Origin: an uncultured delta proteobacterium
GTDB lineage: Bacteria; Myxococcota_A; Polyangia; Palsa-1104
DNA length: 64,000 nt
Direction: 5' to 3'
Assembly: GCA_963785725.1 (NCBI GenBank)
Contig: CAWAWS010000015.1
Coordinates: 320,001-384,000 of the forward strand
Positions 18,209-28,063 of this stretch are shown one piece after another. Positions within the stretch are counted from its first letter, which is position 1. Each line of letters opens with the position of its first letter. The notes beneath the pieces are model-generated. The model did not search any database and had not been told where the DNA came from. It saw nothing but the letters and a program-made list of their open reading frames with translations. The position numbers and the translations under genes are program-made.

Positions 18209-19965
18209 GCAGCGACTTCGGCGACGACGCGCGCCGCGCCATCTACGACGTCATCGGCCGCCGCCGCGACATCCGCCACTTTCGCGTGGGCGCGCCGCTG
18301 CCCGACGAGCAGCTCGTGCGCATCCTCGGCGCCGCGCATCAAGCGCCGTCGGTGGGCTACTCGCAGCCGTGGGACTTCATCGTCGTGCGCGATCGCGCGC
18401 GCCGCGAGCGCATTCGCGAGAGCTTTCTGCGCGTGCGGGCGGCCGAGGCGGCGCGCTTTCCGGCGGGCGAGCGGCGCGAGCAATATCTCGCCTACAAGCT
18501 CGAAGGCATCATCGAATCGGCGCTGAACCTGTGCGTGACCGTCGATCTGCGCCCGGCCGACGAAGCGGTGCTGGGCACGACCGCGCAGCCCGAGTCGTTG
18601 CGCTGGAGCGCCTGTTGCGCCGTGCAAAACCTGTGGCTGGCGGCGCGCGCCGAGGGCATCGGCGTCGGCTGGGTCAGCATCGTCGAGCCGGCGGTGCTGC
18701 GGCAAGAGCTCGGCCTGCCCGCGGGGATCGAGCCGGTGGCCTATCTGTGCGTCGGTGCGCCGATCGAATTTCGCGATCGACCGCTGCTGGAGGAGAGCGG
18801 CTGGCGTCCGCGCCGTCCGGTCGGCGACGCCATTCATCACGAACGTTATCGCGCGTCGGCAGTCGCAAACGCGCCCTCGTTGCCGCCGCGCGAGCCGCAA
18901 GCGGTCATCGCGCCGGCGTCGACGGCGGCGATGGACGCGGCGCGCGCGCAGCAAGACCGGCTGTGCAAGCCGCGCGGCAGCTTGGGCAAGCTGGAGGCGC
19001 TGGCGATTTGGTACGCCGGCGCGCGCGGCCAATTCCCGCTGCCGGCGCCGAAGTCGATCGAGCTCGTCGTCTTCGCCGGCGACCACGGCGTGGCCGCGCA
19101 AGGGGTCAGCGCCTATTCGTCGACGGTGACCGCGGCGATGGTCGGCAACTTCTTGGCCGGCGGCGCCGCCGGCAGCGTGTTGGCGCGCGGCGCCGGCATC
19201 GCCGTCACCGTCGTCGATGTCGGCGTGGCCGGCGATCTGGCGGCGCTGCCGCCGCTGCCCGAGCGGCGAGCGCGCTTCGTGGCCGCCAACGTGCGCGCCG
19301 GCACCGCCGACAGCACGCGCGAGCCGGCCATGTCGCGCCAGGAGGCCGAAGCCGCGCTCGCAGTCGGTCGCACGCTCGCGCACGCCGCGGCGCGCGTCGG
19401 CCGCGAGCTCCTGTGCGCCGGCGAGCTCGGCATCGGCAACAGCACCGCCGCCGCCGCGCTCTTGTGCGCGCTCGCCGACGTCGCGCCCGCCGACGCCGTC
19501 GGCCGCGGCACCGGCCTCGACGATCGCGCGCACGCCCACAAGATCGACGTCGTCACGCGCATGCTGACGCTGCATCGCCCGTCGGCGAACGATCCGTTGG
19601 GCGCGCTGGCGGCGGTCGGCGGCTTGGAGCTGGCGGCGCTGGCCGGCCTCATGCTCGGCGCGGCCGAAGCGCGCCTGCCGGTCGTCGTCGACGGCTTCAT
19701 CGCCGGCGCCGCCGCGCTCGTCGCCGCCACGCTGTCACCACGCGTGCGCGACTATCTCGTCCTGTCGCATCGCTCGGCGGAGGCGGGCGCGCAGCGCTTG
19801 TGCGACGCCCTGCAGCTGCAGCCGCTCGTCGATCTCGGCCTGCGGCTCGGCGAAGGCACGGGCGCGCTCTTGGCTGCCGAGCTCGTGCGCCAAGCGGTTC
19901 GGCTGCAGCACGAGATGGCGACGTTCTCGACCGCCGGCGTCGCCGACCGCGTGGCGATCGACTGA
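18205..19965 (+). CDS. bluB-cobT: BluB-CobT fusion: 5,6-dimethylbenzimidazole synthase + nicotinate-nucleotide-DMB phosphoribosyltransferase
   Basis: N-term RRDIRHF, APSVGYSQPWDF, QNLWLAARAEGIGVGWVS; C-term KPRGSLGKLE, FAGDHG, GELGIGNST, DGFI, LRLGEGTGA; one continuous frame. Confidence 0.93.
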   Translation: MSSDFGDDARRAIYDVIGRRRDIRHFRVGAPLPDEQLVRILGAAHQAPSVGYSQPWDFIVVRDRARRERIRESFLRVRAAEAARFPAGERREQYLAYKLEGIIESALNLCVTVDLRPADEAVLGTTAQPESLRWSACCAVQNLWLAARAEGIGVGWVSIVEPAVLRQELGLPAGIEPVAYLCVGAPIEFRDRPLLEESGWRPRRPVGDAIHHERYRASAVANAPSLPPREPQAVIAPASTAAMDAARAQQDRLCKPRGSLGKLEALAIWYAGARGQFPLPAPKSIELVVFAGDHGVAAQGVSAYSSTVTAAMVGNFLAGGAAGSVLARGAGIAVTVVDVGVAGDLAALPPLPERRARFVAANVRAGTADSTREPAMSRQEAEAALAVGRTLAHAAARVGRELLCAGELGIGNSTAAAALLCALADVAPADAVGRGTGLDDRAHAHKIDVVTRMLTLHRPSANDPLGALAAVGGLELAALAGLMLGAAEARLPVVVDGFIAGAAALVAATLSPRVRDYLVLSHRSAEAGAQRLCDALQLQPLVDLGLRLGEGTGALLAAELVRQAVRLQHEMATFSTAGVADRVAID

Positions 19966-19979
19966 TGGGCGACGACTGA

Positions 19980-20309
19980 CTAACGCTTGACGCGCGCGAT
20001 GTACTGCTTGAGCGTCTCGCGGCGCGGCTCGTCGAGCTCGAGGTAGCGAATGCCCATGTCCATCGGCGGCTCGCGATTGGTCCACACCACCTCACCGCGC
20101 AGCGACAGCGACGTGTTCAGCTCGGGGAAGTTGATGACCAGGTCGACGATGCTGCCGACCTCCTCGATGCTGGGCGTCTGAATGCAGATGCCGCCGAGCG
20201 AGATGTTCTGAATGCGGTGGTAGAGTAGGACTTCCGTGCCGGTGTAGTCGACGTAAGCGCTCACTTCGAAACGAGGGAACTCGCGCGAGCGCCGATCGGC
20301 TTCAACCAT
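19980..20309 (-). CDS. Stand-alone PilZ domain protein
   Basis: REFPR (RxxxR), NISLGG (NxSxxG), GEVVW, MGIRY. Confidence 0.88.
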   Translation of the reverse strand: MVEADRRSREFPRFEVSAYVDYTGTEVLLYHRIQNISLGGICIQTPSIEEVGSIVDLVINFPELNTSLSLRGEVVWTNREPPMDMGIRYLELDEPRRETLKQYIARVKR

Positions 20310-20416
20310 GAGGCTCCTCCGTCCGAAGTGGCTTATACCACATAAGTTTTGGCGCTAGCGAATCGACATGGAATAAGTATCGTACGACCGCGTTGAATGG
20401 GACGTCAGGAGTGGGC

Positions 20417-20890
20417 ATGAATCGCTTTGGACTGGTGCTCGGCGTTGTGACTTTGCTTTCGGCGGGCTGCGCCACCGTCAATACGATCCCGGGAACCAAG
20501 GTCATCGATACGAAGGCCAACCGCGACATCCTCAACTTGTGCGAGCGCTATCGGCACGCCATGGAGGATCGCGACGCCACGACGCTGTTGGCGATGGCGC
20601 ACCCGAATTATTACGAGGATTCGGGCACGCCGGGCGGCAGCGACGACTACGGCTACGACGGCCTGAAGGACGTGCTGCAGAAGCGCATGGCGGCGTTGAG
20701 GACGCTTCGCTACAACATCGAATATCGGCGCGTGCAGATCGAAGGACGGCGGGCGTTGGTCGACATCCGTTATGACGCGAGCTTCCAGCTGGCGACGGAG
20801 ATGGGCGATCGTTGGGAGCGCAAGCAGAACGACAAGCGCCTCGAGCTCGAGAACGACGGCCACCGCTGGCTCATCATCGCGGGCATGTAA
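20417..20890 (+). CDS. Lipoprotein with NTF2/SnoaL-like domain
   Basis: SD AGGAG, lipobox LSAGC, YRHAME.RDA..LL...Y pattern, C-terminal WLII. Confidence 0.65.
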   Translation: MNRFGLVLGVVTLLSAGCATVNTIPGTKVIDTKANRDILNLCERYRHAMEDRDATTLLAMAHPNYYEDSGTPGGSDDYGYDGLKDVLQKRMAALRTLRYNIEYRRVQIEGRRALVDIRYDASFQLATEMGDRWERKQNDKRLELENDGHRWLIIAGM

Positions 20891-21170
20891 TCCCATCGAG
20901 CTTCATCGCGAGCGTTTTCATGAGCCCGCGCCGCCCGTGTTCGGAAATCGCACCAAATGCGTAGCTTCGCGTCCCATCTTCGGGATACTTGCTAGGTTTT
21001 CGCGGCGACGCTCGCAATCGGCCCGGCCGAGCGGCCGCCGCGCGCGCGCCGTCGCCGGGCTGGCGCCTGGCGCTTCCGCTGTGGCCGCGCGCGCCACATC
21101 ATTGACAGCGGAGGAGCGAATCGCGTCGCCGATCTCCGCCGGCGGCGCGGCCCTCGCGTCGGGTCGCGCG

Positions 21171-21186
21171 CGGCACGCAACCTGCT
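21171..21186 (+). promoter_or_regulatory. Putative sigma-54 promoter
   Basis: CGGCACGCAACCTGCT = GG-N10-GC, 12 bp upstream of GTG 21199. Confidence 0.55.
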
Positions 21187-21198
21187 AACCTGCAGCGC

Positions 21199-21759
21199 GT
21201 GCGAATCGCCAGCATCCTGTGTACGATCTGGCTGCTGCTGTCGCCGTCCTTGGCGAAGGCGCAGGCGATGATCGAAGTGCCCAACGATCCGGAGTTGGCG
21301 GCACGCATCGCCGAGCAGAAGGCACGCATCGCCGAGCAGCAGCGCAAGGACGATGCTGCAGCGCGCGCGGCCGAGGAGGAGCGGCAGCGCCAGCTGCAGC
21401 AGCTGTTGCCGCCGCCGTCGCTGCAGCTGCCGCCGCCGCCACCGATCGTCGTCGCGGCGCCGCCGCCGCGGGGTCACTGGGAAACGCGCCGTCGCTGGGA
21501 GCTGCTCGGCATCTTCGGCAACGTCTTCGTCGTCAGCTACGGCATCAACGCCTTCGTCGGCGAGCGCGTCGACGGCAGGTTCTACATCCCCGTGGCCGGT
21601 CCGATCGCGTACGCGGTCAAGCTTGGCGGCGGCGACCTGGCGCCGATGATGGACTTCGGCTTGGCGCTCGACGCCATCGTCCAGGGCGGCAGCTTGGCGC
21701 TGGCCATCCTCGGACCGCTGCTGCACAAGAGAGTGTGGGTGGTCGACGGGGAGCGGTAG
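21199..21759 (+). CDS. Hypothetical secreted/membrane protein
   Basis: Signal peptide, coiled region with duplicated ARIAEQ, Pro-rich linker, hydrophobic C-terminal segments (YIPVAGP). Confidence 0.7.
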   Translation: MRIASILCTIWLLLSPSLAKAQAMIEVPNDPELAARIAEQKARIAEQQRKDDAAARAAEEERQRQLQQLLPPPSLQLPPPPPIVVAAPPPRGHWETRRRWELLGIFGNVFVVSYGINAFVGERVDGRFYIPVAGPIAYAVKLGGGDLAPMMDFGLALDAIVQGGSLALAILGPLLHKRVWVVDGER

Positions 21760-21801
21760 CGCCAGCGCGACTCCAACGATTGTCCGACAGCGGTGCGCTC
21801 A

Positions 21802-22305
21802 TCAGTCGTCTTCTGGCAGGTCCTCGTTGAACGCCGCCAACGGTACGCGACTATCCGCACGTCCTTCGACGTTGATCGTCATCTCGACGAAGTCGATGGT
21901 CAACTCCTCGCTCGGCCAGAAGAGGTACCTGTGGATGAGCGTGCTGTCTTGTTCGTCGAGGTCGACCTCGTGGTACAGCACGCAGGCGTCTCTGTCTCGT
22001 GCCACACGCCGCAGCGTTTCGACTCTCTGTCTGCCGAGCATGGCGCCGCGGTAGGTGAGCGACACGGCGCGGTAGCCGCTTTCGAGCGAGCCAGCGATGA
22101 AGCAGAGCTGCAACTCCTTCGTGTGCGGTGACCACCGAGCGGATTCGAGGATGGAGTCGTGGAGGCCTTCACTCGCGAGCTGCGCCAGCGGCGGTGGCAG
22201 GCGGGGCGCCAACTCGCGCAGGCGAGCCTGGTAGCCGGCCTCGGCTTCTTCGGCCTGTTTGTCGCTGTATTCGCCGTTGGCCCAGCCGCGCGTGAAGAAC
22301 CGCAT
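21802..22305 (-). CDS. Hypothetical protein (possibly DUF4085-like)
   Basis: MRFFTRGW...LHDS...LYHEVD pattern; family assignment is weak recall. Confidence 0.6.
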   Translation of the reverse strand: MRFFTRGWANGEYSDKQAEEAEAGYQARLRELAPRLPPPLAQLASEGLHDSILESARWSPHTKELQLCFIAGSLESGYRAVSLTYRGAMLGRQRVETLRRVARDRDACVLYHEVDLDEQDSTLIHRYLFWPSEELTIDFVEMTINVEGRADSRVPLAAFNEDLPEDD

Positions 22306-22374
22306 GCCGGCAGCTTACAATCGGTAGGCGACTCCGGCGCGCCGAAGTGCCCGGCGTACGCGTGTTCAGGCGCT

Positions 22375-23217
22375 TCAGCGCGCGACGCGAGCGGCGAAGC
22401 GCGCGATCAGCGACGCCACCTCGTCCGGCGCTTCGAGCTGCGGATAGTGCCCGACGGGCAGGGCCAGCGCCTCGGCGTCGGGCCGCTGCTGCTGCGCCCA
22501 TTGCAGCACGTGCGCGCCCGACACCGGATCGCGCACGCCCCACGCCAGCGCGATCGGCAGCCGTCGATCGCAAAAGGCCGCCACCCAACGTTCGCGCCGT
22601 CGACGGCGCTCGGCGATGTAATGCAAGAGCGCGTGCGTCCGTCGCTGCGCGCCGCGGGCGCTGATCGCGCGCCAGTGCTCGTCGACGTCGAAGCGCTCGG
22701 GACGCGCCAGGACGCGCGCCATCGAACGCGCGAACGTCGACTTGTGCACCAAGAGCGGCGCCAGCACGGCGCCGAGCGGGCTCGCCAGCAGCCGTTGGAT
22801 GGCGATGGGCCGATGCAGCCGCGGCTCGACGCCGCCGTTCAAGTAGACGACGCCATCGATCGCCGGCATCGCCGGCGCTCGCGCCACCAGCTCCTGCGCG
22901 ACGCTGACGCCGTAGTCGTGCGCGACCACGACAGCGCGCGTGACGCCGGCGTGCGCCGCCACCGCCAGCGTCAGCTCGGTCTGGCGATCGTAGTCGTAGC
23001 GCGCGATCGGATCGGAGTCGCCGAAGCCCCAGAAGTCGAACGCCACGCAGCGATAATGCTGCTCGAGGATGGCGATGCACGCGCTCCAATCGTAGCTGCT
23101 CGTCGGAAAGCCGTGGCAGAAGAGCAGCGTCGGACCGGCGCCCGAGACGCGCACGAACGCCTCTTTGCCGAGCAGTCGAACGCGCTCACCGCCGCCGTGC
23201 CATTCGTCGTATCGCAC
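22375..23217 (-). CDS. Alpha/beta hydrolase (MEST/epoxide hydrolase-like)
   Basis: HGFPTSSYDW, AFDFWGFGDSD, AHDYG, WGVRDPVSG, GHYPQLEAP; GTG start assumed. Confidence 0.88.
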   Translation of the reverse strand: MRYDEWHGGGERVRLLGKEAFVRVSGAGPTLLFCHGFPTSSYDWSACIAILEQHYRCVAFDFWGFGDSDPIARYDYDRQTELTLAVAAHAGVTRAVVVAHDYGVSVAQELVARAPAMPAIDGVVYLNGGVEPRLHRPIAIQRLLASPLGAVLAPLLVHKSTFARSMARVLARPERFDVDEHWRAISARGAQRRTHALLHYIAERRRRRERWVAAFCDRRLPIALAWGVRDPVSGAHVLQWAQQQRPDAEALALPVGHYPQLEAPDEVASLIARFAARVAR

Positions 23218-23374
23218 GTAGCGACTGTAGCAGTGGCCGCGACCTCTTGGCGCGGCGGCGCTTACCGCGTGGCGCCGAGCGTGCTCGTTGGCTCGGTCGC
23301 GCGCGAGTCGGCCGATGCGGGGCCGCCGCTGCTCGGGCCGCGCCAGCGGGCGGCGATCGTCGTACAATCGCCGC

Positions 23375-24629
23375 ATGCGTAGCCTCGACGTCGCCGTCGT
23401 CGGCGCGGGGACGGCGGGCGTCGCCGCCGCGCTCTTCCTCGCGCGCGCCGGCCATCGCGTCACCGTCTGCGAGCGCGTGCCGCAGCCGTCGGCCGTCGGC
23501 GCCGGCATCGTCCTGCAGCCGAGCGGCATGGCCGTGCTCGCCGACCTCGGCCTCCTCGACGGCGTCATCTCCCGCGGCGCGCGGCTCGATCGATTGCGCT
23601 GCGTGCGCGTCGGCGGCCGCCCGCTCTTCCAGCTCGACTACGCGAGCGTCGGCGGCGGACCCTTCGGCCTCGGCCTCCATCGCGGCGTCCTCTTCGAGGT
23701 CCTCCATCGCGCGCTCACCGCCGCCTCCGTGCCGCTCGCGTGCGATCGCGAGAATCGTCGCGCTGCACGGCGCCGGTGATCGCGTCAGGCTCGTCGACGC
23801 GCACGGCGGCCGCAGCCCGGCGGTCGACCTCGTCATCGTCGCCGACGGCGCCCGCTCCCGCCTGCGCGACGAGACCGATCCGGCGCTGGCCGAACGCCGC
23901 GTGCGCGACTATCGCTGGGGCGCCTTGTGGTTCGTCGGCCGCGATCCCGAGCGGCGCTTTACGGGCGAGCTGTATCAAGTCGTACAAGGCTCGAGCCGCA
24001 TGCTCGGCCTCTTGCCGACCGGCGCCGGCCCGCACGATGCGACGCCGCTGACGAGCCTCTTTTGGAGCATTCGCCGCGATCGCGTCGACGCGTGGCGCGC
24101 CGGCGGTCTTGCGCGCTGGCGCGACGAGCTCCTGCGCTGCGCGCCCGCCGCCGACGCGCTGGTGCGGCAGATCGAAGACCCGGCGCAGGTCACCTTCGCG
24201 GCCTATCACGACGTCACCTTGCGGCCCTGGCACACGCGCAACGTCGTGTTCCTCGGCGACGCCGCGCACGCCACGAGCCCGCAGCTCGGCCAGGGCTGCA
24301 ACCTGGCGCTCGCCGACGCGCAGGCGCTGGCCGACGCGCTCGCTGCCGCCGAGTCGCTGCCGGCGGCGCTCGCCGACTATTCGCGCGCGCGTCGCCGGCA
24401 GCTCGCGTTCTACCAACATGCGACGCGCTGGCTGACGCCGTTTTTCCAGAGTGACTCGCGCGTGGCCGGCCGGCTGCGCGACCTCGTCATGCCGCTCGGG
24501 ATGCGGCTGCCGTGGCTGCGGCGCCAGATGGTGCTGACGATGTGCGGCGTCAAACGCGGCCTCTTCTCGTCGCTGCCGCTGCCGTCGCTGCCGCGCGCCA
24601 AGGCGCTGCCGAAGGAGCGCGCCGCCTGA
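23375..24629 (+). CDS. FAD-dependent monooxygenase (UbiH/2-polyprenyl-6-methoxyphenol hydroxylase-like; apparent frameshift near 23745)
   Basis: VVGAGTAG, VGAGIVLQP, VIVADGARS, LGDAAHATSPQLGQGCNLALADA. Confidence 0.88.
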
Positions 24630-24750
24630 CGCCGTCACCCGCGCGAGACAGGCGCCGCGAGCAGGGCAGCCGCGTCGCGATCTGACAGCGATGTCCCGAA
24701 TACGGCGCCTTTTGTTGGTGTAAACTACCGAACTGATTGAGCGCCTACGC

Positions 24751-24766
24751 TGGTACGCGCTTCGCT
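24751..24766 (+). promoter_or_regulatory. Putative sigma-54 promoter
   Basis: TGGTACGCGCTTCGCT = GG-N10-GC, 12 bp upstream of ATG 24779. Confidence 0.55.
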
Positions 24767-24778
24767 TTGGGCTGCCAC

Positions 24779-25699
24779 ATGCGCACTTCAACGATGACCT
24801 TGGCCTTGGGCCTCTTTTTGACCTGCAGCGGCTGCTTGCTGGATGACAGCACGAGCAACGGCAAGACCAGCAACAACGTCACGATCGTCTTCGCCGGCGA
24901 TGGCGGCGATCTGGCGAGCCATCCCATCGCCGCCGGCGGCGCACAGACCGTCATCGACGTCTTCGGCGTCGCCTTCGACGGCGTGCAGTCGTCCAACCCG
25001 GCCGTCGCCACCTTCACCGTCGACAGCGGCTCCGTCGACGTCATCTCCGGCGTGGCCGGCTCGGCCGTCCTGCGGCTGACGAACGCCGGCCAGGTCGTCG
25101 CCAGCAGCACCGTCTTCGTCGTCAACACGACCGCGCTCGGCATCGTCAGCCAAGGCTGGAGCGGCAGCGCGCCCACGATCGTCGCCGGCGCCACCGAAGT
25201 CCTGCACGTCACCACCCTCGGCGCCGACGGCAACTCCACGCGCGGCGACGGCGCCGTCCGCTTTGCGCTGTCGGGCGACCTGGCCGCATCCGTCGTGCCC
25301 GTCTCGGGCGACGCCATCGGCTTCACCGGCACGTTGCCGCCGGGCACGCTCACCGGCAGCGGCACCATCACCGCCAGCTGCCCCGACACGACGTTGGCGC
25401 AGCCGATCACGATCGTCGATCCGTCGCTCGTGACCAGCTTGGCCACCACGACCCAGCCGGGCGCGACCAACGGCGGCACCAGCGTCGTCACCGTCGTCGC
25501 GATGACCGCCGACGGCGCCGTCTACACCGATCCATGCGACTGGACCGTTTCCGCGCCGTCGGTGACCTTGAACAGCCAGACGAGCGGGCTCGACCTCGGA
25601 CCGGGCGACCTCACCGTCTTCAACCTCACGGCGCCCGGCACCTTCACCGCCACGTGCACCATGGCCGGCCAGTCGACGACCGTCACCCTCCAGCGCTGA
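24779..25699 (+). CDS. Thr/Gly-rich lipoprotein, probable Ig-like beta domains
   Basis: Lipobox CSGC; SSNPAVATF motif; beta-rich composition. Confidence 0.7.
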   Translation: MRTSTMTLALGLFLTCSGCLLDDSTSNGKTSNNVTIVFAGDGGDLASHPIAAGGAQTVIDVFGVAFDGVQSSNPAVATFTVDSGSVDVISGVAGSAVLRLTNAGQVVASSTVFVVNTTALGIVSQGWSGSAPTIVAGATEVLHVTTLGADGNSTRGDGAVRFALSGDLAASVVPVSGDAIGFTGTLPPGTLTGSGTITASCPDTTLAQPITIVDPSLVTSLATTTQPGATNGGTSVVTVVAMTADGAVYTDPCDWTVSAPSVTLNSQTSGLDLGPGDLTVFNLTAPGTFTATCTMAGQSTTVTLQR

Positions 25700-25822
25700 A
25701 CACCGTTCAGCCTAAGTAAACGGCTGTTTACAAGATGTCGGCGTAAGGCTTACGTCGATCGCTGATGGCGCGCTCAAGTCGTGGCTGGCCGCTGCCGATG
25801 ATCGAGGCAAGACTGATCGCGC

Positions 25823-26368
25823 ATGCGGCTCAAAGCGTCCACGTTCCGCACGTACGTCGGGATCCTCGCCAAAGACGGGCGGCGCGACGCCGTCCTGGCG
25901 CTGGTGCCGCCGGCGACGGCCGCGCTCATGCGTGACCCGCCGCTGGCCGGCAGCTGGATGGATCTGACGCACATGCACGCCATCGATCAGGCGGTGGAGA
26001 CGCTGGGCGGCATGGCGGCGGTGCGCGACCTGGCGCGCCGCGGGACCGAGGCCGCGCGCAAGCCCTACATGGGCGTCGTCGAAGGCGTGCTCAAGCTCTT
26101 CGGCACCTCGCCGGCGACGCTGCTCAAGCGCATGAACACGCTCGTCGCGAGCTTCATCGAGGGCATCGACTACAAGTACATCGTGACCAGCGATCGGTCG
26201 GGCGTCATGGAAGTGACCTTCGCCGCCGATTACGAGCTGCCGACCTCGGCCTTCGTCGGGCAAATTCCCACGCTGCAGACGCTGCTCGATGCCTGCGGCG
26301 TCAAAGGTGTCGTGTCGGCGCCGGAGCGGCTGGGGCCGAATCGGGCGCGCTTCAAGATCCAGTGGTAA
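25823..26368 (+). CDS. Hypothetical protein (myxobacterial-type small ligand-binding-like fold)
   Basis: Clean ORF with high-GC codon usage; PPLAGSW..., terminal FKIQW. Confidence 0.65.
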   Translation: MRLKASTFRTYVGILAKDGRRDAVLALVPPATAALMRDPPLAGSWMDLTHMHAIDQAVETLGGMAAVRDLARRGTEAARKPYMGVVEGVLKLFGTSPATLLKRMNTLVASFIEGIDYKYIVTSDRSGVMEVTFAADYELPTSAFVGQIPTLQTLLDACGVKGVVSAPERLGPNRARFKIQW

Positions 26369-26380
26369 GTAAACAGTCGG

Positions 26381-28045
26381 TTACTTCGTCAGCACGAGCT
26401 GCAGCGGGAACTGCTCGTCGCCGTAGATGCACAGGCCGTGGGCGCGCGCGCCGGCCGGCACCTCCAGCCTGAGCACGTGGCGACCGCGGGGCAGGCGCGG
26501 CAGCGTTACGCGCTCGGCGCGACCGTGGCCGTCGTCGGGGATGACGTCGATGGGCGCGACGATGGTGTCGTCGACGCGAATGAGGACGCGCGAGCCGCCG
26601 TCGGCGGGCGCGCGATTGCCCGGCCACTCCGACGACAGGCGCGCGACCAACGTGGGCGAGGTCGCGCGCGGGAGGGTGAAGGCGTACTCGAACCAGCCGT
26701 CGCCGCCGCCGTAAGCGTGCGCGTCGGCGCCGCTGCCCCAGCTGCCGACGCGCTCCCAGCGCGCGCCGGCGAAGGCGCTCGGCGGGATTTCGATCGCGCC
26801 GTCGCGCAGGTGCTGATGCGGCGAGCGCGCTTCGGTGACGTACGGATCGTAGAGCAGCCGATCGCCGGCCGTGTCCGTCAGCCGCGGGTTGCGCGACGCC
26901 GGCGCCGCTTGCATGAGGCGCGCGTACTTTTGCATTTGCGCGCGCACGTCGTCGGTGTCGGCGCGGTCGACGTAGATGCCGAAGTCGCGCGCGTGGCCGG
27001 CCCACGGCTGGTAGATCCAGGCCAGCGCGCCGGCGGCGCCGTCGTAGACGGCGCGATCGAGGAAGCGGTCGAACCAGTCGGCGCGCGGGCGCGACAGCCA
27101 CTCGGCGCGATCGGTGTGAAAGCCGAACTCGCCGAAGACGATGGGCTTGTGCGCGACATGCTGCGCCAGCTGCACGCGATCGTCGATATAGGCTTGTAAG
27201 CGCGTCAACGAGGCCACGCGATCGGTCGTCTCCGGATACAAGTGGCTGTCGCAGTAATCGACCGACGGCAGCCGACACACGGCCAGCCACTCGGCGCGCT
27301 CTTGTCGCGACGTGTAGCCCATCACGCCCGGCGTCACGAGGTGATGGCCGTCGCGCGCCTTGATGAAGCGCGCCATCGACTCGATCCACTCGGCACGATC
27401 GGCTGCACCGGCCGGCGTCGCCACCATCGACTCGTTCATCAGCTCCCAGGCGAAGATGGTCGGATCGTCGACGTAGGCGACGCCGGTGATGCTGTTGACG
27501 CGGCCGAGCAGGTGCGTAAGGTGCGCGCGGTAAAAGGCGCGCGTGCGTTCGTCGCGGAAGAAGGCGTCGCGGTTGCCGAAGCCGTCGCTGGGCAGGCCGG
27601 CCCAGGCGAGATATTGGCGGATGCCGCCGAAGTCGTCCCAGTTGTTGGACAGCGTGATGATGACGCGCAGGCCGTGCTCGCGGGCGCTGGCGAGGACGCG
27701 ATCGAGCTGGCGGTCGGCGGCGTCGAGCCAGCGATCGGGCGCGACGCGGAACAGCTGGTACTGCTGCGACCACGGCGGCGACTGCGCGTCGCCTTCGCCG
27801 AGCGCCCAGATGCGGCCGACGGTCAGCCCGTCGGCGGCGGCGGCGGCGATGGTGTCGGCGGCGCGAGCGCGCGCTTGGCCGTGCATGACGTCGAGGTTGG
27901 CGCCGACGAAGGCGAACGGGCGGCCGCCGACGCTGAAGCGGCTGCCGTCGACGGTGACGAAGGCGCCGGCGGGGATGGCGGCAGCGGCAGTCGACCGAGC
28001 GCCGCCGAGCAGGCAAACCAACGTCGTGAGGGTGCGTAAATACAT
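26381..28045 (-). CDS. Secreted glycoside hydrolase family 5 (mannanase-like) with C-terminal beta module
   Basis: FVGAN, NNWDDFGGIRQY, RVNSITGVAYVDDPTIFAWELMNE (acid/base), HLYP, PIVFGEFG (nucleophile). Confidence 0.88.
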   Translation of the reverse strand: MYLRTLTTLVCLLGGARSTAAAAIPAGAFVTVDGSRFSVGGRPFAFVGANLDVMHGQARARAADTIAAAAADGLTVGRIWALGEGDAQSPPWSQQYQLFRVAPDRWLDAADRQLDRVLASAREHGLRVIITLSNNWDDFGGIRQYLAWAGLPSDGFGNRDAFFRDERTRAFYRAHLTHLLGRVNSITGVAYVDDPTIFAWELMNESMVATPAGAADRAEWIESMARFIKARDGHHLVTPGVMGYTSRQERAEWLAVCRLPSVDYCDSHLYPETTDRVASLTRLQAYIDDRVQLAQHVAHKPIVFGEFGFHTDRAEWLSRPRADWFDRFLDRAVYDGAAGALAWIYQPWAGHARDFGIYVDRADTDDVRAQMQKYARLMQAAPASRNPRLTDTAGDRLLYDPYVTEARSPHQHLRDGAIEIPPSAFAGARWERVGSWGSGADAHAYGGGDGWFEYAFTLPRATSPTLVARLSSEWPGNRAPADGGSRVLIRVDDTIVAPIDVIPDDGHGRAERVTLPRLPRGRHVLRLEVPAGARAHGLCIYGDEQFPLQLVLTK

Positions 28046-28063
28046 AGGTGCCTATATAAACGA

